Assembly (NCBI RefSeq): GCF_009914755.1
Contig: NC_060943.1
Direction: 5' to 3' (one strand)
From: the human T2T-CHM13v2.0 reference genome, Homo sapiens
Length of the DNA stretch: 64,000 bases
In this document: positions 38,954 to 50,984 of the stretch, in pieces
Layout: every line of letters starts with the position of its first letter
Position numbering within the stretch: position 1 is the first letter of the stretch
Translations under genes and position numbers: made by a program
Notes under the pieces: generated by a model
Database searches by the model: none
What the model saw: the letters and a program-made list of their open reading frames with translations, nothing else
What the model was told of the DNA's origin: nothing

Positions 38954-40792
38954 GCACCACTGATTTCTCCATGAGCATTTTCCAATCACAGTTGACATCT
39001 CCCACCTCTCAGCCAATCCATGTCCTTAAAAGCCCACAGCAGGTCTGTGTACCAAAAGACAGATGGATGCATGATGATCTGAGGGCTCAGAGGCCATGGG
39101 GCCACCTGCTCTGTGTGGGAGATGCATAGACTTCTGAAGTGTGAATCGAGCAGCAATGTTGGTGAAGTGTGAATTGAGCAGGGTCAAACAATTAGAGTTT
39201 GATTAACTTTGTTTAAATTGGGCAGAGTACAAGTGAGGCAGCAGTGGCTCATGCATCTCCCCAAACGAAGGACCCCACCTTATGACAATGTTGTTATTAT
39301 GAATACACAGGTGTGTATGAAACAGGCAGTAAATCAGACAGCACCCACCTGGCCAGCTCCACCTGGTCCTAGGAACCACCAGTATTCCCATTATGTGTAT
39401 GTTACAGCTTTTTAGGCTGCAAAATATAAAATACAACTTCAGAATATAAAATATGCTATTGTTGATACAAAATATTGAATATGAAGCTGAATATGTTGTT
39501 CCACTTTTTCTCACTCTTGTTAAACTTTGCTGTTTCAGTTTTGGAAGTTCCTATTGACACACACTTAAGCTAGAGATTCTTTCCTCAGCTGTGTGCAGCC
39601 TACGAGTAAGCCCATGGAGGGCATTCTTTATTTCTCTTAAAGTGTTTTTAATCTCTATTATTTCTTTTCCTTCTTTCTTAGAATAGCCATCTCTGTTTAA
39701 GTCACCCATCTATTCCTGAAAGGTGTCTCCTTTTTCCATCATAATCCTTAACCAGAGTTGTTTTAAATTTCCAGTCTGATAATTTCAACATCCCTACAAC
39801 ATCTGTGTCTGGTTCCAATCCTTGCTCTGTCTTTCAAACTGCATTATTATTTTTTTTTTTTTTTTGCCATAGTCTGTCTTGTATTTTTTTGAAAACTACA
39901 CATGATGTACTGGGTAAAAGGGACTTGAGTGAGCAGGCATTCAGTGACATGGTGGTGAGTGTGGCGAGGGAAGGGTTCTGTGGTTCTGGATGAGGTCTGT
40001 GTCCTGGGCTGTGAATGTCACAAGTGCCTCTCAGGTTTTTCTTTCCATTAGGTGGGATATGATGACTTGAGGAGGCTGGAGTTGGATATTTCCCCTCCCC
40101 CTGGCCAGTTAAGCTCCCATCAAACCCCAGCTAATTAGGCTGCAGTAAAATAGTTTCTCTTAAATTTAGGTCTTACCAAGAAGAATATAATTCACTGACA
40201 ACTTTCCAAGTGTTTTTTTCCCTTCTTCCTACAAGAAGGATGCAGGGATTCTTGTTTGATATTGACTGTGAGAACCTGGTAGAGCTCCAGGAGCTAAAAG
40301 TCATAAAACTGTCCCCCTACTCCCAAGACTAATCCATCCACTGTTGTGTTTATCTCTGCGCTGTGTCCACACTGAGCCTCCAGAATTTCCTCAATTAGAG
40401 TTCAGGTTTTCTGACCCCAGCACTGGTTCCCACTGGGGTTTCTGTGCCTATGTTTCTGCTCAGGTACGGTGCACTGCTCTGTATTTGCCTGTGGGTCTCT
40501 CCAATATGTGGTCCAGTTAGCACTGAGAACTTGCTTCCTGAGAAATCTAAACGAGTTGTTGATTTTTCAGTTTGTTCAGCTTTTTACTTGTTGTTAGAAC
40601 TGAGTGAAAATTTTTAAGCTACTTACATACCTGATGGAAATTCGAAGTCTCTAGGGCATGACTGGAGGATATGAGCGCCACAGCAGGTTGAGGATGGAGT
40701 CATGAGTGAAATGGGTGAAATGAGCCCGTGGGCTTTGGAAACTGCAGATCTGTCCTTCTGCCTCTGACCCCCTGGTGAGTCAATGTAGAAAG

Positions 40793-41540
40793 TGAAACCA
40801 CCTTTGCAAAGCATATGATGATGAGAGAAAGCTAGCTTGGCTGACCCCATGTCACCCCTAGCCTCAGGCTGGCTGTCCTCTCTGATTCTTGGGCATAGGC
40901 CAGGGTAAGCATGGGAGGAATTTATAGTTTAACTTTGAAGCAACGGTGATAATAGTCCCTCCTGAAAATTAGCTCCCTCCTTGTCGGGGACTATCTTGGT
41001 AAGTCTAAGAAAAGACCATGAATTATGGAGGGGCCCAAATTCTGCTAAAATGCAGGCATAGTTTCTATAATCCCTTACTGCTCAGGAGTCATGTGTCCAG
41101 AGGTCACAAGATTTGTGAATTTCCTAGTTGCTCCTATAGATAGCAACACTATTGTAGAATCTGAGATTTATCTTTTCAGATGTTTCTCAGATTTTTGCAT
41201 TCCAGCAACCTGCTGACCTCATCTAGACTCATGACCAATGGCTCAAACAGTCATGTGGCCCCCACTCAGAGGCAGATTCAACAAATACAGACCATTTCCC
41301 CTACCGGCATCATTTCATCTTTAGCCAGTCAACAGTACTTATTCCTTAGAACTTTGCCCCTCAAAGTTTTTGAAAAACTCTAACCTCTGAGCCATTGGGG
41401 AAGCTCATTTGAGTCATGATAAACTTCTATCCTCCTGTTTGGCAGCCTTGGGCTAAGTAAAACCATTGTTTACTGCACATCGCCTTCTCAATAAATTGGC
41501 TTTGCCTGTGCAGAGGGCAAGAACATGTCAGGTGATTATA
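40793..41540 (+). mobile_element. LTR8-family solo LTR (LTR8B-like), paralog of the PSG4 intron 2 copy
   Basis: Begins TGAAACCACCTTTGCAAA; flanks homologous to PSG4 intron 2 on both sides; TGAGTCA at 40776-40782. Confidence 0.78.
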
Positions 41541-42739
41541 AGAATGGATGGAGGAGCCACTGATCTCTTTCTGGTGGCCTGTTTCATGAGTCAGCCTCTC
41601 AGAGGGAAAAAGCCCTGGACTGGGACACAGTGGAAGCTCATTCTCCTGTTGACCCGGGGACATTGCCTTATTATGGAGCCTGGCAGGGGTGGCTGCTTTG
41701 GCTGATTTTGGTGCATTTTTCATTTACCAGAAGGCAGGACGGGCCTCAGTGTGAGCAGAAAGGAAATGGAACAGTCAGCTTTGTTAGAGAGGGTGTCTGG
41801 GGAAGTCCTCAGGGTGGAGGAAGCTGTGCAGGAAAGGGCTCATCAGATAGAATGAAAGCGGGATGCACTTTTTTCACTGAACACCTTTCAGACATCTCAC
41901 CAACTCTGGCCTCACTGGGCTGTGCCTTTCCTCCTGAGCCCTGAGCCCTGATTCCTGGCAGGGAGGGAGAAAGAGAGGAAGGGTGAAGCTGGGATGTGTG
42001 CTGTCCAGGTTTCTTCCATCTCTGGAATCTTGACAGTGAGGGACCCTAATGTGTTACCTCAGAGGAGACCGTGGGAAAAAGCTGTTTCACAGGGGTGCCT
42101 GGCTTATGAAGTGAGGGAAATTCAGACCGAGTTGGACTCATGAACTACTGGGACCCTGTCCCATGTCAGCAAACAGCTTTTCTAGCTCAGCGTTTCTCTC
42201 TGTGGCTAACTCTTTTGTGTGATTTCTGAGCCCATGCTGGAGTCCTCCTCATGATGCCTGATGGTCAGACCTGTGTGGGGAGACCTAATGATGGGGTGGG
42301 GGTGGTCTTGTGTGTCACACAGAGTGTCCAGGGAACAGGCTTTGTGACTTTCTCTACCCCAGCCCCACAACAAGATCTGGATAGTGGGCTGGGTCAGATA
42401 AAGTCAGAATCCATGGGGAAGGGTATGTGTCCTGGCAGTGCCGAGGTTCGTGCCTCCAGGTTAGCTCTCAGTTTCTGCAAATACATTTATGTTGTGCATG
42501 TGCTGTTTCCTGGACTGTTTCATGTCCTTAAATCCTTGAACCTGTCTGCAGATAATGTCATGAGAGGTCTGCATGGAAGTATATAAGGGCTATCTGATTA
42601 GGGTGGGTGTGTTTTACATAGTGGGTTTTTTTTTTCACCAAACACTTTTCAAAAAATTGTGGTTGAGTGTATATATAGAAACACATACATACTTATATTC
42701 GTTAGATGTGAGCATATATTCATATAAATTTAATATGTA

Positions 42740-42858
42740 GATACATATGTCTATAAATATACACATATATGTGTGTATGTATATGTGTATATATATGTAT
42801 ATGTGTATATGTGTGTGTGTGTGTATGTGTATATATATATATGTATATATATATATAG
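42740..42858. repeat. (TA)/(TG) compound microsatellite
   Basis: Visible directly. Confidence 0.9.
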
Positions 42859-42899
42859 TGCCATTTTAACCACTTAAGGGGAGAGAGAGAGAGAAGAGA

Positions 42900-45800
42900 G
42901 TTTCTGCTAATACCAAATCTGGGTTAAATAAGGGTGGTCCTATTTCCTGGGGTTGGGCTTTTGCTACATGTGTCAATTCCTGTTGGAAGTGAGCTAGAGA
43001 GGTTACACGCTTAACCAATTTAGAGATTTTCTATATGAAAATCATCTGTGAGCACATTGATAAGTTCTATCCTTTCCTAGGTGAAAAGCTTGGTGTAGGA
43101 TTTTAAGGACTTCCCATTGGCTGAAGGCTGGCAAATGGAGTTTGCCATCCTCTGACTACAGCCATTCTGAGGACTGGAAAGAATACCCTGAGAAGTGGCC
43201 TATTTTATTTCTGCAGGAAGGTACTGAGGTTTAATTTATCTTATGGAGTCTTCCTAGATTAGAAGGCTTTGAGGTGTGTTGATGCCTTGCCAGTGACTTA
43301 GCTGCCTGATCAGCGAACCTATTTCCTTTGGCTACTTCATCTGTTCCCTTTTTGATGTTCCCTATAATGTATCACTGCTATTTGACGTGGAAGAAAACTG
43401 AGGATAATAACCTGTTAATTTTTTGGTGATATTTCATAGGAAATCCATTGGTGGTAAGAAAATGCCTTTTATTTTAAATGGCAGCATGAGCATGAAGAAC
43501 TCAAAAAGCATACTTGGAATCAGTGTAAATGTTAGCTACCTTTCCCTTGCTTAATTTAAGTGTTATTTTAATAACTATTTGTTTAGCTGATGGAGCATCT
43601 GCACCTGAAGAGAGATGTTATTTAGAGTGACTACTGCTTATCCTACCTTACGTATTTCTTGCTTTACCAGCTGATTGTTAGCTAAGAGCTCCCTCTAGAG
43701 GAAAGTAATTTTGCCACATTAAGTGGAGGTGTAAACCGTTTTTTCCTAGGGTTAATTTGGAGGCTTTTCTGATTAGTAGAGCTATTGTGACAGTGGTTTG
43801 GAAGCAGATGTAAAAAATAGGTCCTCCTAACTGCAAATAAGAGGTTGAGAAAAATATTGGATTAGAATTTTTCCTGAGACACCCCTTATGGTTGTGCTAT
43901 GGGAAGAGGGGAGGCCTGGATAAGAAAGGAGAAAAGAGAGAGACTGGATCTAGTGTTTAGAAGGAGGTCTACTTTCCTTCCTATAATTTCCAGAATCACC
44001 TGTGTGTCCTGTGCTGTAATGGCAGTTTGAGCTGCTGGGGCCAGGGGTTTGAGCCCCAGGACCCATCAGTCCTGCTGGACCACTGTGAGACTGGTTCTGA
44101 ACCCAGTGACCTCCATCTCTGGGAGCAGTTGCATCTCCAGTGGTCTCCACCACAGGCTGGACAGGGTCAAGGTGGCTTCCTCTTGCTGTTTGGACACTCC
44201 TTCCTCAAATGCCCTGGCTTGCCACACCGAGAGCAACTAGTGGATACACCTCTGGGATCCTGGACTTGCAACTCTGCAAAGCAGCTACTAGAGGCTTTGT
44301 CCTTCTCTTGAGCATTCTCTCTTTCTTCTGGGCCTTCTCCTAGTCCCTATTATAAAAGACTGAAGTGGCTACCCTTAGAAGGTTTTCCAAGGTGCTATCT
44401 GCTACTATAGCTTGCCTTTTATAGGTTCCTTCTAATATTGGGAGCTTTCTGTATAATAAAACTTATCTTTTTGAATGGGCTGTCACTTGACTGAATCAGG
44501 AGATAAAAAGGTGTGCACTAATAGTGCCCCTCTCAACCTATCCATAAAGGCTGCAGGATTCTCATCTGGCTTTGAGTCTATCATAGACAGTTTAGAAGAA
44601 TTAAGAGGTCTGGCCTTAGTTTTTCTTTTCCATTGATCTGCAGAGCTATTGGGGTTTCAATCAGGGTTGTCAAGAGGTACTGCTTCACTTCTTATTTGGA
44701 GTGGTGTTTCTGCTATTTCTTCACTTTCTGTATCTCCTTCCTTCCCTTTTGGTGTATTATAGGAGATATGTTGCTCATCTCCAAAATTCTCTGCTGCTTG
44801 CAGAGCTGCCTGTTTTTCAGCTACAGTTAGGGTTTGGCTTAGGAGCAGCATAACATCCTTCCATGTGAGGCGAAACACCTGACTTAAATTCTGGAAAGCT
44901 TCTATATACCTATCAGGATTGTCTGAAAATTGGCCTAAGTCTTACTTTATTTGCCTAAGGTCCTGTAATGAGAAGGGAACTTGGAGGGACCCCAAATTAT
45001 GGAGATTCTTCTCAGATGGTTCCCTTGGAAGTTGCTTTTCTAATATGAGGGGATTATTCTTTATAGGCCTGCCTGATATGGCTGTTAAAAAAATCTGGGT
45101 TGCTGTTACAATGCTTGTAAAGGTTTAGTAAAAATGCCCTGTCATTGTACAAAATAGAATGAGTTGCTTTTCTCTTGAAAGTCCTGAGGTTAAAAGAGTT
45201 CTAGTGCCTCAGAGTGCACTCCAGAGGGGTGCAAGCTGAAGATGCTCTGTTAGCCATCTAGAAAAAGAAGTGAGAATGAAAGTGTCCTTATAGTCCTCTT
45301 TCTTTCATTGTGACCCAGAGTGGAGTGGAAGACAGTGGGAGCGTCCCCCCAAATGTTTTCTCTCCTTGGTTCCTGAGTCCTGGCACTGTCTTAAATGTGC
45401 CGCCCATGGTTGTAGGTGTGGCCCTGTAAGCCATGGAACTGGATAAATGAAGTGATGGGATTAGCCACACTTTACCCATGCAACCTTAGCTTATCTGCCT
45501 GTGATCTGCCTGGCTTCCTGAAAAATGGATCTCTGGAGAAACTGTAGCAGTTGCCTTTGAGCAAGCTTTCTTTAAGAGAGGGAATGTGCCAGTTGCCAGT
45601 TATGGCCCGTGCTAAAATATTTACCCTCAGAAAAGTGGTCCTGGTTAACTCTGTTCTTAAAATATCCTTACTAATTAAATACTGTTCTAATTGGAGATAG
45701 AATAAGTACCTTAAATGAACGTAGGGACCTAATGGCAGTTTTTCCTGCTGATGGGACAATATTGGAACTAAAATTTGGCTATGGAAGACATTTTACCTCT

Positions 45801-46434
45801 AACTGTTGAAAGCAGAGTTTTCCCATTCACAGAAAGGGCTTTTCTATCAGTGCAAAAAGAGACAATTGGAAAAGTGCAGTGTTATGGCAAAGGACCAACG
45901 ATGTGCCTCATGAGGAGGATTTCTGTTTCCACTAGGTGACACTGTTGGCTTAGAAATACCATGTGCTTACCAAAGGAAGGAGAGAGAGACAGAGAGAGAG
46001 GGAGGTACCTATTGGGTTAGTTATTATAGCATGTACCGATCCTTCCTAACAGAAGTGTTTCCCTGAACTGTAAAAATTTCTACATATTGCATACACAGAA
46101 AGAATAGGAGACATAGAGACAATGGATAGAAAGGAAGAACAAATTTGCAACAGGATAGCAAATTAGGAGACCCATTACCAACATCTGGATGGGCTGTCGG
46201 AGGCTGTGTTCAGTCCAGAGGCCTTTGAATAACATCAGGGTGTGTCCTGGCCAGAAATTCTCAGCTGCTCCAGGACATCCCCCAGCCTCATGTGATGGTG
46301 AGGTTCTCCATGAAAGGAAACTAGTTGGAAGAGAACCTTGAAATTAAAGGACAGATTTGAGGTTTGCTCCATACTCACCATTCTGATGTTTCTATCTTCT
46401 CTTCTGATGACAATCCCAGATGAGAACTCCCAAA
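42900..46434 (-). mobile_element. Class I ERV internal remnant (HUERS-P3-like): leader, decayed gag, RNase H
   Basis: Degenerate tRNA-Pro PBS 46413-46432; donor GTGAGT near 46373-46378; capsid-like LTWKDVMLLLSQTLT (44657-44878); zinc knuckle CSRCGKPGHLRKEC about 44193-44236; RNase H IYTDSKYAF* about 43500-43535. Confidence 0.8.
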
Positions 46435-47024
46435 TAAAATGGCTCTGTTTGGTAATCTATCCATTGTTCTTTGTCACACACTGAAAAAGAATTCAGGACA
46501 TGGAAACACATGAGGAGTGGGTTTAGGAGTGAAAAATTTAACAGACAAAAAAGAAGAGAGAGAGAAAAAGCTTTCTCATATTGAGAAAACAGTCACCCAA
46601 GAGAAGGTCTCCAATTTGGGGTGGAATGTAATTGATTTTGTACAGAGACTTAAGGAGGCAGTGATTGATTTACATAGGGTCCAGGGGATTGTTTTGACCA
46701 GGTGTGCCGTTTAAATAGCCCGAGAAAAGACTGGCCCTCCCACCCTAATCTTTTATTATGCAAATGTGACTTGTACCTGGTGGTCACCATGACACCTGCA
46801 CATGTGGTGACAAGGAAAAAAGGGCAGGAACCGCCATATTGGGAGTACCTGGCTCTTAGTTGCCTGCAGCTATATATGCATATCTGTGCTTGCAGCCTGA
46901 TCATTCAGTCTGTTTTCTGTTAGAAATGGTTTGGGGGCTGCTTTTTATTAAAGGAAAATTCCACCAAGAATTCTTTTACCCTTTCTAGCTGCCTAAAAAT
47001 AATTTCTCGATAACTCCTGTATTA
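46435..47024 (-). mobile_element. 5' LTR of the provirus (LTR9/MER61-like)
   Basis: Minus strand begins TAATACAGGAGTTATCGAGAAATTATTTTTAGGCAGC; about 590 bp; abuts the PBS. Confidence 0.7.
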
Positions 47025-49180
47025 GGACCCCTTTAGGAAAACAGAAAAGATGACACAGACTCTCCTGTAGGGGAGTAACCATAGTTTTTTTTCTCATGGA
47101 ACCCCAAGAGTTGCAAGTGAACGGATTTCTCTCAGGTCTAAAACTCTGCTCTTTTCTCCACTGTGTTACCTGACCTCTTTGCCTGTTACATTACTTTGTA
47201 CTGTAAAAGTATTTGACCTTGTGTGTGTAATGGTTGCTGGGTCAGTGATAGGAGCTATGGTTTTGAAGGTGACTAACAGTGGTTATAATAAATTATTCTA
47301 GCTTCAGAGGACTACTCATTTCTTTGTATGTTTAGATGCAAAAGACACAGTTTAAACAATTAAGGAAATACCTTTGTAGCAAAGTACTCTGTGGAAGTGT
47401 TGCAAAGTATGGTCCCCATTGCATTTTCCTCTTCTTGGGGACCTGGGATTCAGTGAAATCCTTGATTTTTAATGTCTAAATGTTGTCCCTTCCAACTGGT
47501 TCTCTTTTTTACATATTTAAATGATTAGAATCTAAAAATTGAAAAGACTTTGTTGGCCCTCTTCCTTAATGGGCTCTATCTTGAGCACAGTGATTCAGTT
47601 GAAGAACAGAGACCAAATTAAAAGCTACGTCTCTAAATAAAAAACAGGTGCTGCAGAGGATGTGGAGAAATAGGAACACTTTTACAGTGTTGGTGGGACT
47701 GTAAACTATTCCAACCCTTGTGGAAGTCAGTGTGGTGATTGCTCAGGGATCTAGAAGTAGAAATACCATTTGACCCAGCCATCCCATTACTGGGTATATA
47801 CCCAAAGGATTATAAATTATGCTGCTATAAAGACACATGCACAGATATGTTTATTGTGGCACTACTCACAATAGCAAAGACTTGGAGCCAACCCAAATGT
47901 CCAACAATGATAGACTGGATTAAGAAAATGTGGATCATGCACACCATGGAACACTATGCAGTCATAAAAAATGTTGAGTTCATGTCCTTTACAGGGACAT
48001 GGATGAAGCTGGAAACCATCATTCTCAGCAAACTATCACGAGGACAAAAAATCAAACACCGCATGTTCTCACTCATATGTGGGAGTTGAACAGTGAGAAC
48101 ACATGGACACAGGAAGGGGAACATCACACACCAGGGCCTGTTGTGGGGTGGGAAAAGGGGGGAGGGATAGCATTAGGAGATATACCTAATGTTAAATAAT
48201 GAGTTAACGGGTGCAGCACACCAACATGACACATGTATACATATGTAACTAACCTGCACGTTGTGCACATGTACCCTAAAACTTAAAGTCTAATAAGAAA
48301 TAAATAAAACCCCATGGTAAATTTCTATTATTTTTGTGTTACCTTGGCATTTTTTAATCTTCCTTGAACACACCAAATTTTTTCTTGAAAAAGCTTAAGT
48401 TCTCTCTCTCTCTCTCTTTGCTTTGAGATGTAAATGTGCTATGTATTTTCTCTAAAACTTGGTAAAGCCCTCCTCAGATAAATGTTAACCTTTACCATTT
48501 ACAAGAAAGCAATTTGAATCCAACTATCCTTTAAAATGATGGGTTTTACTGATGTCATACCTAAAGCCCTAAAATCAAAATTCTAAAATCTTTTTGTCTC
48601 TATCTTTATGTGAACATATATATGTTATATATTTTATCACATACATGTTTATGTCACACATTTATATACTGTTGACACATAGTATCAAATTAATGTAAAA
48701 ATAAATGGGTACATACAAATTAAGTGAATAAGCCCAAATGCTTTTCTATACATGTGATTTTAGTAACCTTTGGTGAATATAGATAGTTTTAAAATTGTTG
48801 GTAAAATAAAGTAGAAATGTCTTCATAATTTAATTTATACGTTTTTGCCTATGTCTGTTGGCAGGCAGGTTTATATTGTCTTTACTAGATGTTTTAAGGT
48901 CATCAAAGAGTTGCTTCCATATATATACATTTTCTTAATTTGTCTGTGAGCTTATGTCTTTATATTTGAAGCTTTAAATTCTGAGTTCTAGATGAGTGAC
49001 CATAGTAAGAACTGGGGACAAAACCCATCCCATCCTCCAGCTGTGCCTTTTGGCCATGCTGGGAGAGGTGGGATTATCCAGGCATTTTCTTCATAGCTCT
49101 GTTCTTTGTCTTGGGCTTTGCATCTGGTACATAGTTAGAATGATTTACTCCCTAGTTTTTTTTCTACTGAGAATAAGGCT
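47025..49180 (+). mobile_element. Probable MER4-group ERV internal fragment split by an L1PA insertion
   Basis: Composition and motifs resemble MER4-group internal sequence; family and strand tentative. Confidence 0.4.
47641..48309 (+). mobile_element. 5'-truncated L1PA 3' end
   Basis: ORF2 C-terminal LRDLEVEIPFDPAIPLLGIYPKDYK, primate L1 3'UTR and A-rich tail. Confidence 0.93.
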
Positions 49181-49990
49181 GTGTAAGTCTGTTTTTACAT
49201 TGCTACAGACAAATACATGAACCTGAATAATTTACAAAGAAAAAAGGTCGAATGGTCTCATGATTCAGCAGGTTGTAGAGTAAGCATGATTCTGGCATCT
49301 GCTCAGCTTTCGAGGAGGCATCAGAAAACTTACAATCACGGAGAAAGCCAATGGTAGAGGAAGACATCTTATATAATGGGAGCTGGAGGAAGAGAGCAAG
49401 TGTTGCACACTGGTAAACAAACAGATAAAAACTCACTGTTGCTACAACAGCACCAAGGAGAAGGGCCTTAAAATATGAGAAACCACGTCCATGATCCAAT
49501 CACATCCAACCAGGCTCCACCTCCAACTTTGGAGATTACAATTTGACTTGAGATTTAGGTGGGGGTAAAGTTCCAAAAAAGTATTATTCTCTCCATCATC
49601 CCTCCCAAATCTCATGTCTTTCTCACATTTAATAATATAAGAATGGCTTCCCAACAGTCTCTAGAGTCTTAACTCACTCAGCATTAACTCAGAAGTCCAA
49701 AATAGCAAGTTTCATCTGAGACAAGGCAAGTTCCTTTTACGTATGAGCCTGTAAATTCAAAAGCAAGTTAGTTACTTTCAAGACACAATGGAAGTATAGG
49801 CATTGGGTAAATACTCCCATTCCAAAGGGAAGAAATAGGCTGAAGGAAATAAGATACAGGCCCCATGAAAGTCTGAAACCTTGCAGCACAGTCTTTAAAA
49901 TTTAAAGCTCCGAAATAATCTCCTTTGACCCCATATCTCATATTCAGGGCACACTGATGTAAGGCTTAGGCTTCCAAGGTTCTGGGCATC
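49181..49990 (-). mobile_element. MaLR MSTA-like LTR with adjacent internal sequence
   Basis: ggcatctgctcagcttt...aaacttacaatca LTR motifs, then cccaaatctcatgtc and caagtttcatctgagacaaggcaag internal motifs. Confidence 0.75.
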
Positions 49991-50157
49991 ACAGGAACAT
50001 TCCAAGAGAGTCACAAAAGAATTTGTAGTGTGGCTTTTGATGCTAAACAGTGTATTAGACCGAGTAAGTCACTGAAGAGAAAAAAGTCAGAGGAGAAGAT
50101 GGGTGAGGGTGACAGAAATGGAATGGTGAAAGGAAAGTCCTGACAAAAATGTTTATC

Positions 50158-50453
50158 GGCTGGGCATGGTGGCTCACACCTGTAATCCCAGCACTTTGGG
50201 AGGCCGAGGTGGGCAGATCACGAGGTCAGGAGTTTGAGACCAGCCTGACCAACATGGTGAAACCCCATCTCTACTAAAAATACAAAAATTAGCCAGATGT
50301 GGTGGCACACACCTGTAATCCCAGCTACTCAGGAGGCTAAAGGCAGGAGAATCACTTGAACTTGGGATGTGGAGGTTGCAGTGAGCTGAGATCACAGCAT
50401 TGCACTCCAGCCTGGGTGACAGAGTGAGACTCCATCCCAAAAAAAAAACAAAA
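50158..50453 (+). mobile_element. AluS
   Basis: Full-length plus-strand Alu with A tail. Confidence 0.94.
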
Positions 50454-50727
50454 GTTTACCCAGGGGCTCATCTGGTACCTTGCTCTGTGACTAATATCTT
50501 ACACATTTTGATTTACTCTTCCACTTTCATTTTCTGATGCGCAAAGTGTCACCCTTCTGCTGAAGATGAGAAAAGAGGCTGAGGGAGCCAAATGAGTGGT
50601 CTAGAGTCATCCAGCTACTTCATAGAGTTTGTGTCTTTTACTTTGACGTTTGTGCACAGACAGAAAAGTGAGACACAGAAGGAAGGCAAAGCAAGTTTTT
50701 GTTGTGGGTGACATTTATGAAAGTTAC

Positions 50728-50980
50728 CTGTGTTGGCAGAATAATGGACTCCTAAAATGTTTGCACCCTAGCTCTGGAACCTGTGCATTTACTTTTCTTG
50801 GTAAAAACATGGTGCAGCGGTGATAAAATTAAAATCTTAAGATGTGGACGTTGTTCTAGATTATCTGGGTGGGCCCATTGTAATCAGAAGTGTCCTTGTA
50901 AGTGACAAAGAAAAGCAGGGGGGTCAGTGTGAGAATGATGAGCCTGTGAGACTCCACTGGCCAATGCTGGGTGTGAGCAT
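50728..50980 (+). mobile_element. MLT1-like MaLR LTR fragment
   Basis: ggcagaataatgg...ggaacctgtg...gattatctgggtgggccc motifs. Confidence 0.65.
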
Positions 50981-50984
50981 GCAT

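Noticed and set aside
38048-38985. Cluster of overlapping 75-135 aa ORFs
   Set aside because: Stop-poor frames expected from the GC-rich LTR12C U3.
41863-42600. Possible CEACAM cytoplasmic or N exons beyond the end of intron homology
   Set aside because: I could not find a CEA-family translation or a convincing exon; left unassigned.
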